NCBI GenBank assembly: GCA_028278335.1
Contig: JANQEN010000192.1
Span: 30,881-94,880 of the forward strand
Direction: 5' to 3'
DNA from: Chitinivibrionales bacterium
Lineage (GTDB): Bacteria; Fibrobacterota; Chitinivibrionia; Chitinivibrionales; JANQEN01
DNA: 64,000 bases
The position numbers were made by a program, and so were the translations under genes. The notes under the pieces are model-generated. The model saw nothing but the letters and a program-made list of their open reading frames with translations, searched no databases and was not told the origin of the DNA. Of the stretch, positions 36,465 through 45,974 are shown piece after piece (the stretch's first letter is position 1; each line of letters starts with the position of its first letter).

Positions 36465-39182
36465 CTATTTCTTTTTTGCCTTCTTCTTAGCAGCTTTTTG
36501 TTCAAGAGCTGCCTGACCAGCGGCAAGACGTGCAATCGGCACACGGAAAGGTGAGCAACTAACATAGTCTAATCCAACATTAACGAAAAACTTAACCGAT
36601 GCTGGGTCTCCACCATGCTCACCGCAAACACCACACTTAAGCTTTTTGCGGCTGGCCCGTCCCTTTTCAACGGCTAGCTTTACAAGTTGACCAACACCCT
36701 TTTGATCAATTGAGGCAAAGGGATCTTCACGGAGAACCTTTTTCTCAATGTAATCAGGCAAGAATGTTCCCACATCATCACGACTGTAACCAAAAGTCAT
36801 CTGAGTGAGGTCATTGGTTCCAAAGGAGAAGAATTCAGCATTTTCTGCAACTTGATCAGCAACCAGGGTTGCACGAGGTATTTCCATCATGGTTCCTACC
36901 ATGTACTTAACCTTCACACCCTTGCTCTTGATAATCTCTTGAGCCTTGGTACGAATGAGTTTTTCAAGCATGTCGAATTCCTCTTTTGTGCCAATAAGGG
37001 GGATCATGATTTCAGGATGAACAGCAACACCCTTTTTAGTCATATTGCATGCGGCTTCGATTATAGCGCTTGCCTGCATGACACAAATCTCAGGATACGT
37101 AATGGAGAGACGACATCCTCGATGACCAAGCATGGGGTTCATCTCGTGAAGATTCTCAACCTTTGTTTTTACCACCTGGGGTTTAACGCCAAGGCGTTTG
37201 GCCATCTCTGTTTGCCCTGCTTTGTCCTGTGGCAAGAACTCATGCAATGGAGGATCAAGAAGACGAATTGTCACGGGGAAGCCGTCCATTGCCTTAAAGA
37301 TTCCCTCGAAATCCTTACGTTGGTGAGGAAGCAGTTTGCTAAGTGCCTTTTGGCGTCCTTTTTCATCGTCAGCAAGAATCATCTCTCTGACAGCCCAAAT
37401 ACGTTCACCTTCGAAGAACATATGCTCGGTACGACAAAGACCGATACCTTCAGCACCGAGGAGACGAGCATTATTGGAATCCTTAGGAGAGTCAGCATTG
37501 GTGCGAACTTTGATTTTTCTTGCCTTGTCAGCCCATGTCATAATTTCCTGAAACATTTTACAAATAGGATGCTTCATGGCTTTCTTATCACCATGGACAA
37601 TACCTTGAACAACAGGAGAAGAGGTGGTGTCAACATGACCTAAAATGATCTCACCGGTTGATCCATCAATAGAAATCTCATCACCCTCTTTTAATGTCTT
37701 ACCATTAACAGTCATAGCTTTTTTACCATAGTTAATGACTAAAGCTCCACAGCCAACCACACAGCACTTGCCCCATCCACGAGCAACAACTGCAGCGTGT
37801 GAGGTCATGCCACCAGTGGAGGTTACCACGGCTTCGGCTGCCCACATTCCACTAACATCTTCTGGTGAGGTCTCTTTTCTAACCAGGATAACCTTTTTAC
37901 CCTTCTTTACCCATGCTTCGGCGGTGTTTGCGTCAAAAACGATTTGACCGTTTGCCGCACCGGGGCCTGCAGGAAGACCTTTAGCAAGGATGCGCTTATC
38001 TTTAACAGCAGCGGTTTTTGCTTTTGAATCAAGAATAGGAAAGAGGAGCTGGTTGAGATGATCTCCCTCAATACGCATAAGACCGGTTTCCTGGTTGATA
38101 AGCTTTTCTTTAACCATATCAACGGCGATCTTAACAGCAGCAAGGCCGGTTCTTTTACCAGTACGCGTTTGAAGCATGTAGAGAGTGCCATCTTGGATCG
38201 TAAATTCCACATCCTGCATCTCTTTGTAATGCTTCTCTAAGCGTAAACGAATGCCATCTAACTGTTTGTAAATTTTAGGCATCCTTTTCTGTAAGGTACT
38301 AATTGGATCAGGAGTACGAATACCAGCAACAACATCTTCACCCTGTGCATTGATCAGGTATTCGCCAAAGAACTTGTTGGTGCCGTCTGCAGGGTTTCTT
38401 GTAAAAGCAACACCGGTTCCGGAGTTTTTGCCCATGTTACCAAAAACCATAGCCTGTACATTAACCGCGGTTCCTTTAAGGCCGAAGAGTTTGTTGAGTC
38501 GGCGATAGGTAACTGCACGAGGGATATTCCATGATTTAATTACTGCGTCGATGGAGAGGTCAAGTTGTGTGCGCGCGTCAGTAGGAAAGCCTTTTTTGAC
38601 ATGCTTTTTGTAAACCATTTTATAGGCGTCGACAACTTCCTTAAGTTCCTCTACTGTCAATTCTGTATCAAGAACACGACCATGTTTCTTTTTGATTCGT
38701 GAAAGCTCTTTTTCAAAATGTTCATGCTCGATATCCATAACCACATCACCAAACATGTTGATGAAACGACGATAGGAATCCCAAGCCATTCGTTCATTTT
38801 TTGTTTTTTCGATTAAGCCTTCAATAGCATCATCGTTGAGACCAAGGTTTAAAACAGTATTCATCATACCTGGCATTGAGACAGCTGCACCACTTCGCAC
38901 TGACACCAACAGGGGATTTTTTTTGTCGCCAAAGCGCGCGCCCATGGCTTTTTCCAGCTTGGCAATATTTGCATCGATCTCTTTTTTAAGGGTCTGTGGT
39001 TTTTTCTTGCTGTGCGCGTAGTAGTATTCACAGACTTGAGTAGCGATGGTAAAACCTGCAGGTACTGGAATCCCAATATTTGACATCTCAGCAAGGTTTG
39101 CACCTTTACCGCCCAGGGTTTCCTTCATAGTTGCGTTGCCGTCGGTTTTGCCATCACCGAAAAAGTATACATATTTTGGCAT
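36465..39182 (-). CDS. ppdK: Pyruvate, phosphate dikinase
   Basis: LGGKGANLAEM, SVRSGA, GGMTSHAAVVARG (phospho-His), GIGLCRTEHMF and CGEHGGDP; ATG at 39182 after GGAGG. Confidence 0.97.
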   Translation of the reverse strand: MPKYVYFFGDGKTDGNATMKETLGGKGANLAEMSNIGIPVPAGFTIATQVCEYYYAHSKKKPQTLKKEIDANIAKLEKAMGARFGDKKNPLLVSVRSGAAVSMPGMMNTVLNLGLNDDAIEGLIEKTKNERMAWDSYRRFINMFGDVVMDIEHEHFEKELSRIKKKHGRVLDTELTVEELKEVVDAYKMVYKKHVKKGFPTDARTQLDLSIDAVIKSWNIPRAVTYRRLNKLFGLKGTAVNVQAMVFGNMGKNSGTGVAFTRNPADGTNKFFGEYLINAQGEDVVAGIRTPDPISTLQKRMPKIYKQLDGIRLRLEKHYKEMQDVEFTIQDGTLYMLQTRTGKRTGLAAVKIAVDMVKEKLINQETGLMRIEGDHLNQLLFPILDSKAKTAAVKDKRILAKGLPAGPGAANGQIVFDANTAEAWVKKGKKVILVRKETSPEDVSGMWAAEAVVTSTGGMTSHAAVVARGWGKCCVVGCGALVINYGKKAMTVNGKTLKEGDEISIDGSTGEIILGHVDTTSSPVVQGIVHGDKKAMKHPICKMFQEIMTWADKARKIKVRTNADSPKDSNNARLLGAEGIGLCRTEHMFFEGERIWAVREMILADDEKGRQKALSKLLPHQRKDFEGIFKAMDGFPVTIRLLDPPLHEFLPQDKAGQTEMAKRLGVKPQVVKTKVENLHEMNPMLGHRGCRLSITYPEICVMQASAIIEAACNMTKKGVAVHPEIMIPLIGTKEEFDMLEKLIRTKAQEIIKSKGVKVKYMVGTMMEIPRATLVADQVAENAEFFSFGTNDLTQMTFGYSRDDVGTFLPDYIEKKVLREDPFASIDQKGVGQLVKLAVEKGRASRKKLKCGVCGEHGGDPASVKFFVNVGLDYVSCSPFRVPIARLAAGQAALEQKAAKKKAKKK

Positions 39183-39454
39183 GTTTTCCTCCAAAAAATT
39201 GAGTAAATAAGTATATATAAATAATGTTATTCTCTAAAAAAACAAGGTTAAAAATATCAATCGCTAACGGTTAAAGAAAAGGTTTTTATATTTTTCTTTT
39301 TCTTAAGCACTTTGTATATTGTATCTTGCCAGCTCTATTATATATCAAAAGGCTTATCAAGACCACCTATTTTTTCCTGTAAAAGACCTAAATTTATATA
39401 TATATCCTCAACTGTTGAAATCGAAGTTTTTACAATATATACTTTAATGTGCCT

Positions 39455-41374
39455 ATGAAACGCGACGGTCTGGCCTTAATAATTCACCCCTATAAAAATG
39501 TACTTCTCAAGAAAGACAAACTGCGGAAGTATCTTGATCAGTTTGCTCACGACCTAATTCAGGTTGTCACGGAGCATCCAAATTTTCGTGCCAATTTGAC
39601 ATTGCCAGGATATCTACTTCAGCACCTTGATCCTATTTTACTTTCCCGCCTCAACGATATTCGAAAAGAGAAGTGTTTAGAGTGGTTGACTCCCGGATAC
39701 ACAGAACCACTTATTAGCTTTTCTCCTCTTTGGCTCTCAAAGGAAAATATTACTCAGGGCATTAAAACTTTTGACGAGATCACCGGATGTAAACCGTGGG
39801 GATATATGCCCTCCTTTTCAAACTGGGAACCTTCGCTTATTGAACCACTTAGAAACAATGGTATACACTATACAATACTGTCACGGTCAGTGTTACAAGA
39901 AGAATCTCGGAACTACTGTGGCTATTGGATTACTGAGCAGGCCGGGCATACTATGATAGTTATACCATCCTATGATTTTCATTTTCATAATGCACCAGCA
40001 CAGATCCAAGACTGGATGGATAACATGGTAGAGGAGTCGATTAATACATCTCAATCAAAGATGGTAGTACTTCATTACCTCTGCCCGCTGGTTTCTGAAC
40101 GTAGTAAAGATGCCTTTCGTTGGATTCACTCCTTTGCAGAATCATTGGACACTCTGCTTATAAAATATCAGATGACCCTCTTAAGTGAGCTCATCACGCT
40201 TACGACGCCACTGGGATTGCAATCAATTCGTCCCAGTTTTCTTTTTAAATATAAGAGTGAAAAACCAGAGCAACATGATTCTAATCTTCTCTATGCCTTT
40301 GATTCCTTAGGAATTTTACAGCGTAAGATGGTCGATGTGGCAAGTAATATCTGTTCACATGAGCAGGAACAGGGTAAAGAATTGCAGTCTGTCAAAGAAC
40401 AACTATACCTTGCCCAAGATTGTAATCGTTACCTGCCCAATAAACAAAGTGGCTTTGAATTTATAAAAGATCGTATGTACACCTTTAGCAAGATGGTTGC
40501 TATTGAGCGGGAACTCCTCAAAAAGGACAAAATTCGCGGTGGCCAAATTCGTATTGCTGACTTCCTTAAGAATGGCTCTAAAAGCATCATCATGTCAAAT
40601 CGAAGCTTTAAGATCTATATTGACCATAAGAATGGTGGCCAGATCTTCGAGCTTGACTATCGGCTACGATCAGTAAATCTCTTTTCAGGGTACAACCCCA
40701 CATCACACAAGCCACCACGAATTATTGTTGCCGGAGATTCCTGTACCTCTTTCATTGATTATTTCCTAAAAGAGGATTGTCAACGAGCTGAGTTTTTAGG
40801 AAATCCAGAAAACCAGATCGGTGATTTTTACAATGGTCAGTTTGAGTATAAGATCAAGAAAACCAGTACCAGTGTTAAGGCGGTTATGACGCGACAAGGA
40901 TCAATTCGATCTGGAGATAAACTATTTCCGCTCAATATAGAAAAAGTGTTTGGTTTAGAAAAGGATAAGCCAGAACTCACCTTTGGGTATCAACTGGCAA
41001 ATCACTCCTTGACAGACTATACAGTAAAATTTGCTGTCCGACTTAACTTTTCTCTTCCAGGGGCCTCATCTCAGCAAGCTGCCTTGGTGTGTAATGATAT
41101 CGTATATGATAAATTAGTCCGTGAGCGATTGACTCTTGAGAATATCCGTGAGTTTTCATTGCGGGATCACAAGATCGGCACAGAAATTCAGTTCGTTATC
41201 CAAAAGCCAGTAACGCTTTGGAGTTATCCCATATCACAATTGGGACGGTATCAAGGGACAAGCATTATAATAACCACACCGGTTTCGTTGCCAGAAAACT
41301 CCGCATGGTCTCTGTTGGGAAGAATGATTTGTAAAAAGATAAGACTGCGAGGTTCTTTTACCGATGTTATCTGA
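39455..41374 (+). CDS. GH57 4-alpha-glucanotransferase-like protein with C-terminal DUF1926-type domain; catalytic motifs degenerate
   Basis: Colinear with GH57 glucanotransferases (HPNFRANLTLPGYLL, GYTEPLI, WEPSLIEPLRNNGIHY, YWITEQAG, DFLKNG...NGGQIFELD), but HxHQP, WLxE and DDGEKFG are missing. Confidence 0.75.
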   Translation: MKRDGLALIIHPYKNVLLKKDKLRKYLDQFAHDLIQVVTEHPNFRANLTLPGYLLQHLDPILLSRLNDIRKEKCLEWLTPGYTEPLISFSPLWLSKENITQGIKTFDEITGCKPWGYMPSFSNWEPSLIEPLRNNGIHYTILSRSVLQEESRNYCGYWITEQAGHTMIVIPSYDFHFHNAPAQIQDWMDNMVEESINTSQSKMVVLHYLCPLVSERSKDAFRWIHSFAESLDTLLIKYQMTLLSELITLTTPLGLQSIRPSFLFKYKSEKPEQHDSNLLYAFDSLGILQRKMVDVASNICSHEQEQGKELQSVKEQLYLAQDCNRYLPNKQSGFEFIKDRMYTFSKMVAIERELLKKDKIRGGQIRIADFLKNGSKSIIMSNRSFKIYIDHKNGGQIFELDYRLRSVNLFSGYNPTSHKPPRIIVAGDSCTSFIDYFLKEDCQRAEFLGNPENQIGDFYNGQFEYKIKKTSTSVKAVMTRQGSIRSGDKLFPLNIEKVFGLEKDKPELTFGYQLANHSLTDYTVKFAVRLNFSLPGASSQQAALVCNDIVYDKLVRERLTLENIREFSLRDHKIGTEIQFVIQKPVTLWSYPISQLGRYQGTSIIITTPVSLPENSAWSLLGRMICKKIRLRGSFTDVI

Positions 41375-41984
41375 AGCTCTCGATATAATAATTGAAAGCC
41401 GTGGCCATACTATTTGGCTTTTTTTCCAAGGCCCTTTTAATAAAGAACAAATACCCAATATCCGAAGAAAGCTCGAGGATTTTATTCGTGATGGGAATCG
41501 AGAGTTTGTCATTGATCTTGAAAAAGTGAGCACTATCCATGAATCGGTTGCTCCAATGTTTTTAAACTTGCTTAATTTTATTAAGGGTAAGGAAGGAAAC
41601 ATTAAACTCATTTTCAAGAATGAAATGGTCAGTAAGGCATTTTTACCCTATAAGAACATTTTTCAGATCTATACTGATGCAAAAAGTCTCTCCTCGGGGG
41701 GCTTTTTTCAGAGATTATTGCGTCAAGGCAACTTCCTAGCTAAAAAAACCGGTATTAGAGTTTCTGTTCCTGTGGCTATAATTTTTCTTGTTATTCTTAC
41801 TGGGTGGTTTATATCCTTGGGAATAATTATTAATATGCAGAAAGAGCAGATTGAAGAGCAGGAAGCAGAACTTCGAGATTATGAGCAATGGAAACAGGTC
41901 ACCGAGATTGAAATTGAAGATTTAAAAAGTCGGCTAAAACCAATGATCCAGTTGGGACTTGTACCAGATTCGTTGTCACAATAA
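41364..41984 (+). CDS. STAS domain, TM helix and periplasmic coiled-coil protein
   Basis: STAS-like FVIDLEKVSTI...GNIKL; TM VPVAIIFLVILTGWFISLGIII; heptad C-terminus; overlaps the upstream gene by 11 nt. Confidence 0.75.
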   Translation: MLSEALDIIIESRGHTIWLFFQGPFNKEQIPNIRRKLEDFIRDGNREFVIDLEKVSTIHESVAPMFLNLLNFIKGKEGNIKLIFKNEMVSKAFLPYKNIFQIYTDAKSLSSGGFFQRLLRQGNFLAKKTGIRVSVPVAIIFLVILTGWFISLGIIINMQKEQIEEQEAELRDYEQWKQVTEIEIEDLKSRLKPMIQLGLVPDSLSQ

Positions 41985-41992
41985 GGTTTCTC

Positions 41993-42751
41993 ATGAGAAC
42001 CCGTCGTATATCCCGTCATTTTGGCATTATTCTTCGTAAGAACCATCTTTGGTTCTCTGAACTGTTAGGTGTCGGACTTGTTGTGGTAATCATCTCGATT
42101 TTACTAGTTCAGGGAACAATGGTACTTATCAACTATACTCAAATGAAGAAAAATGGCCGACTGATTTCTGAATCGAAAGCTGGCTATATCACAAAATCTC
42201 ATCAATTACAGGAGTTAAAAAATCGTCAGAAGATTGCCGCTGTTTTAAATAGCTTCACCCGAAACAGACTCTCCAAGGATGTGCTTTGGAATCTTGTTGA
42301 TTTAGTCTATACAAATAGTAAATCCTTTGGCTATGATCCCTTTTTGGTATTAGCTGTTATTCATGTTGAAAGTCTGTTTAACCCCCGTGCGAAAGGACAA
42401 TATCGGGATGGACGCTATAGCGGTGCCTTTGGGCTCATGCAATTGAAATTAGGGACTGCTAAAGAGGTTGGGGCACCGTTGGGGATTACTATTACTAAAA
42501 AAGAAGACCTTTTTAACCCTGAGATAAATATTCCCCTAGGGCTTGCTTACTTGACAAAACAGATATCTTACTTTAAGAGCCTCAAGCTTGGTATATCAGC
42601 CTACAATCAGGGACCAGGGGTGATATTAAACACAATTAAGAATAAAACACCACTTTCTATTCGATATTATAATAAAGTTCTGACAAGTTATTTTAAGCTA
42701 AAAAGAATAAACACTGAGTCGTTATTAAAGAGCTCTCAAGATAAAAAATAA
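41993..42751 (+). CDS. Membrane-anchored lytic transglycosylase (SLT domain)
   Basis: N-terminal TM; LAVIHVESLFNP (catalytic Glu), GAFGLMQL and AYNQGPG. Confidence 0.88.
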   Translation: MRTRRISRHFGIILRKNHLWFSELLGVGLVVVIISILLVQGTMVLINYTQMKKNGRLISESKAGYITKSHQLQELKNRQKIAAVLNSFTRNRLSKDVLWNLVDLVYTNSKSFGYDPFLVLAVIHVESLFNPRAKGQYRDGRYSGAFGLMQLKLGTAKEVGAPLGITITKKEDLFNPEINIPLGLAYLTKQISYFKSLKLGISAYNQGPGVILNTIKNKTPLSIRYYNKVLTSYFKLKRINTESLLKSSQDKK

Positions 42752-43026
42752 TCCAGTTTTGTCTTGTTATAATGAGTATCTCCCTAAAACAAATTCCATT
42801 TTATTCCTAATGGGATGAACCAATAGCGTGTTTTGGGATATGCATTTTGAATGAATTAAAGAGTTGATGCTCTTTGATAATTTTCCGTTAAAGGGACATA
42901 TTATTTTTTAAGCATCCTTGCACATCTTCCTACTCTAAACTCACCAATTCAGGTTTTAGCTATTTTCTGGATATATTTTATATACCCCTATTTTTAAAAA
43001 GGATTGATGTAAGATTTGGATAGATT

Positions 43027-44004
43027 ATGATACAACATGAAATTAATGAACTATGTAAGGTTGTTTCAAAAGAGCAACCACTCTCCAGAAGTTGCGCTTT
43101 AGCAATTCTTAAGGCACGATCCGAGGAAATTCCCGAAATTCTTACCTTGACAAATGCCTTGCGGCTTCGCAACTTTGGCAATAAGGCGCATCTTTGTTCA
43201 ATATTAAATGCAAAGAGTGGGGCCTGTGAGGAGGATTGTACTTTTTGCGCACAGTCAGCTCACCATAAAACTGATGTAGAAACCTACGCGCTTTGTTCAA
43301 CTCAGAAAATGGTTGAGCAGTTTACGAAACATGCAGCCTATCCTATTGGTCATTTTGGTGTTGTGACCAGTGGTGATTCAATGGACGACAAGGAAGTTGA
43401 TACACTTTGCCAGGCCATTGCAACTGGTGAGATCAATGGTACTGCTTGGTGTGCATCCTTAGGTAACCTATCCTTAGAACAGTTACAGAAATTAAAGCAG
43501 GCCGGCCTCAAACGGTTTCATCACAACCTTGAGACGGCTGAAAGCTTTTTTCCTACCATATGCACAACACACACCTATCAAAGTAGGCTTGATATGATAC
43601 GCAATGTCAAGAAAGCCGGATTAGAACTTTGTTGTGGTGGTTTGCTGGGATTGGGCGAAAGTTTTGAACAACGAATTGAGTTAGCCTTTACTCTCAGAGA
43701 GGAAGGGGTCAATGCAATTCCGTTAAACTTTCATATCCCTGTGTCTGGTACAAAACTACAGAATAACACTCCTCTTTCTCCCATGGAAATTATTAAAGCT
43801 ATTGCGCTATTTAGGATGGCAAATCCAACCGCAGAGATTAAGGTGTGTGCCGGTCGCACTCATCTGAGGGATTTACAATCAATGATCTTTTATGCTGGGG
43901 CAACCGGCATGATGATTGGTCCGTTGTTGACTGTTGCTGGGCGCGATGTTGATGCGGATGTACAGATGCTCAAGGACCTTGAGATTTCCTTTGAACAACC
44001 CTAG
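43027..44004 (+). CDS. bioB: Biotin synthase
   Basis: Radical SAM CEEDCTFC motif, HHNLET, CCGGLLGLGE; first gene of the bio operon. Confidence 0.95.
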   Translation: MIQHEINELCKVVSKEQPLSRSCALAILKARSEEIPEILTLTNALRLRNFGNKAHLCSILNAKSGACEEDCTFCAQSAHHKTDVETYALCSTQKMVEQFTKHAAYPIGHFGVVTSGDSMDDKEVDTLCQAIATGEINGTAWCASLGNLSLEQLQKLKQAGLKRFHHNLETAESFFPTICTTHTYQSRLDMIRNVKKAGLELCCGGLLGLGESFEQRIELAFTLREEGVNAIPLNFHIPVSGTKLQNNTPLSPMEIIKAIALFRMANPTAEIKVCAGRTHLRDLQSMIFYAGATGMMIGPLLTVAGRDVDADVQMLKDLEISFEQP

Positions 44005-44028
44005 CCAAATACATTGGAATAGAAAAAA

Positions 44029-45207
44029 GTGTCAATGAAAAATGAATCATGGATTGAAAGGGCGCTAAAAGAAATTAGCACTCAAGCTAGGTTGCGCAAA
44101 CTCACTACTTTTGAACATAATCAAGATATGATTTCATCGAAGGGACAGCGCTTCATTAATTTTTCTTCCAATGATTACCTTAACCTTTCACGAGATCCTG
44201 ACGTCATTGCTATAGCGCAACAATACTTAAATCAGCAGGGGTGTGGAGCAACGGCATCTCGATTGGTTTCGGGCACAGGACCCTATCATAGCGAGCTGGA
44301 CGAGTTGGTTGCTCAGTTCAAGGAGTATCCCGCGGCATTGACCTTTGGTAGCGGATATCTAGTAAACTTAGGAACCATTACCGCACTTATGGGAAGAAAG
44401 GATCATATTTTTGTTGATAGACTTTCCCATGCAAGCATTATTGATGCAGCCCTTTTAAGCCGAGCCACTGTACATCGCTTTAATCATAATGATCCAGATC
44501 ACCTTGAAAAACTCTTTAATACCACTAAGTCAAGTGACAAAAAACTTGTGATCACAGAGTCGGTTTTTAGCATGGATGGCGATATTGCTCCTTTACAGGA
44601 GATTGTTACGGTAGGTCAACAGTATGGTGCTATGATCATGGTTGATGAGGCTCATGCAACTGGGGTATTTGGAATCCAAGGAAAGGGTGTGGTCCATGCT
44701 CTTGGCCTTGAAAAGCAGGTAAATATCTCTATGGGGACCTTTAGCAAAGCACTTGGAGCCTATGGTGGATATGTTGCCTGTTCAAATGAAATCAAGCAAT
44801 TACTGATAAATCGGGCCCGCTCTTTTATTTATACAACAGCGCTTCCTCCTTCAGTAATCGGCTCGATTCTTGGGGCAATTCGAAAAGTCACTCATGAAAA
44901 AAACATGGGTGAAGAGGTGCTAAAAAAGGCCAACTTTTTTAGAGAAAAACTGAGCCAGCTCGGGCTTCCTCTTGGAAACTCCCAAAGTCAGATAATTCCG
45001 ATAATTGTCGGTGATTCTCAAAAGGCACTTGACTTTTCGAATAGTTTACGTGAAGTTGGCATTCTTGCTATTGCTATAAGGCCACCAACGGTACCGGTTG
45101 GTAGTGCCCGACTGCGATTTTCTGTGACCAGAGCACATAGCTATTCACAGCTCGAAGAGACTGCTCAAAACATTTATGCCTGCGCAAAGGAAATGGGCCT
45201 ATTATGA
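44029..45207 (+). CDS. bioF: 8-amino-7-oxononanoate synthase
   Basis: SSNDYL, HASIIDA, ESVFSMDGD, DEAHATG, GTFSKALG and IRPPTVP motifs. Confidence 0.95.
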   Translation: MSMKNESWIERALKEISTQARLRKLTTFEHNQDMISSKGQRFINFSSNDYLNLSRDPDVIAIAQQYLNQQGCGATASRLVSGTGPYHSELDELVAQFKEYPAALTFGSGYLVNLGTITALMGRKDHIFVDRLSHASIIDAALLSRATVHRFNHNDPDHLEKLFNTTKSSDKKLVITESVFSMDGDIAPLQEIVTVGQQYGAMIMVDEAHATGVFGIQGKGVVHALGLEKQVNISMGTFSKALGAYGGYVACSNEIKQLLINRARSFIYTTALPPSVIGSILGAIRKVTHEKNMGEEVLKKANFFREKLSQLGLPLGNSQSQIIPIIVGDSQKALDFSNSLREVGILAIAIRPPTVPVGSARLRFSVTRAHSYSQLEETAQNIYACAKEMGLL

Positions 45208-45974
45208 GAAATACACGAGTTCTGTTTGTTGCAGGTTGGGCACATAGAGATCAAAGCATGAGAGGTCTGTCGGACAGCTTGTCAAATACAGTGAGTAAAG
45301 AATTAACATCGGTTTCAACATTAGCAGCACAACGAACACAGGCACCTACAAGTCAATTTGACAAAGAAGCTCAGTTGTCACGCTATGCTTTAGGATTAAA
45401 AGAGACCTGCGCAAAAATAGAGGAAGAGTTAATTATAATAGCGTGGTCAATGGGGGCAATTGTCACCTTGGAACTTTTGTCTTACCATACAGTGCCAATT
45501 AGAACGTGCATTTTGTTGAGTGCAACACAACGATTCTGTGCTGATGATTTCTATACCTGTGGGGTACCTGCTCAAAATGTTCGTGCTCTCAGGATTGGCC
45601 TTACCAGGCGACCACATAAGACGTTGAAAGCTTTCTTTCATGATGCTTCCTATCCCCATGGGACATCTGATGTGATGATAGACAGCATGGCAAACGAGGC
45701 ATTAACAATAGAGAATGGACTATTGGTCGATGGATTACACTATCTGGAACAGGTGGATTTAAGAGATACAATAAAAAACATTCAAATTCCCATACATCTA
45801 ATACATGGTGAGCAAGATAAAATTGTCCCACTTGCTGCTGGGGAAGAGCTACATAAGGCTTTGCCGCAATGCACCATGCAGGTTATACCAGATGTTGGAC
45901 ATGCTCTTCCAAATGTTTTCAGCGAATCAATAACACCTTCTCTTAAAAGAATTGTTGAAGAGGAAAGGATTTGA
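45204..45974 (+). CDS. bioH: Pimeloyl-ACP methyl ester carboxylesterase (BioH-like alpha/beta hydrolase)
   Basis: AWSMG nucleophile elbow, HGEQD and GHA; lies between bioF and bioC. Confidence 0.75.
   Translation: MRNTRVLFVAGWAHRDQSMRGLSDSLSNTVSKELTSVSTLAAQRTQAPTSQFDKEAQLSRYALGLKETCAKIEEELIIIAWSMGAIVTLELLSYHTVPIRTCILLSATQRFCADDFYTCGVPAQNVRALRIGLTRRPHKTLKAFFHDASYPHGTSDVMIDSMANEALTIENGLLVDGLHYLEQVDLRDTIKNIQIPIHLIHGEQDKIVPLAAGEELHKALPQCTMQVIPDVGHALPNVFSESITPSLKRIVEEERI

Noticed and set aside
36852-37643. 263-aa ORF antisense to ppdK, and the many other short overlapping ORFs in the track
   Set aside because: These are shadow ORFs of well-conserved genes with no recognisable motifs.
42776-42935. 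Imperfect hairpin (TCCCTAAAACA...TGTTTTGGGA) and CTTGCACATCTTCCTACT, loosely like the MITE arm
   Set aside because: The similarity is too short and gapped to support; the hairpin may just be a weak terminator.
42940-43040. Expected BirA operator upstream of bioB
   Set aside because: I found no convincing TGTxAAC-N14-16-GTTxACA palindrome.
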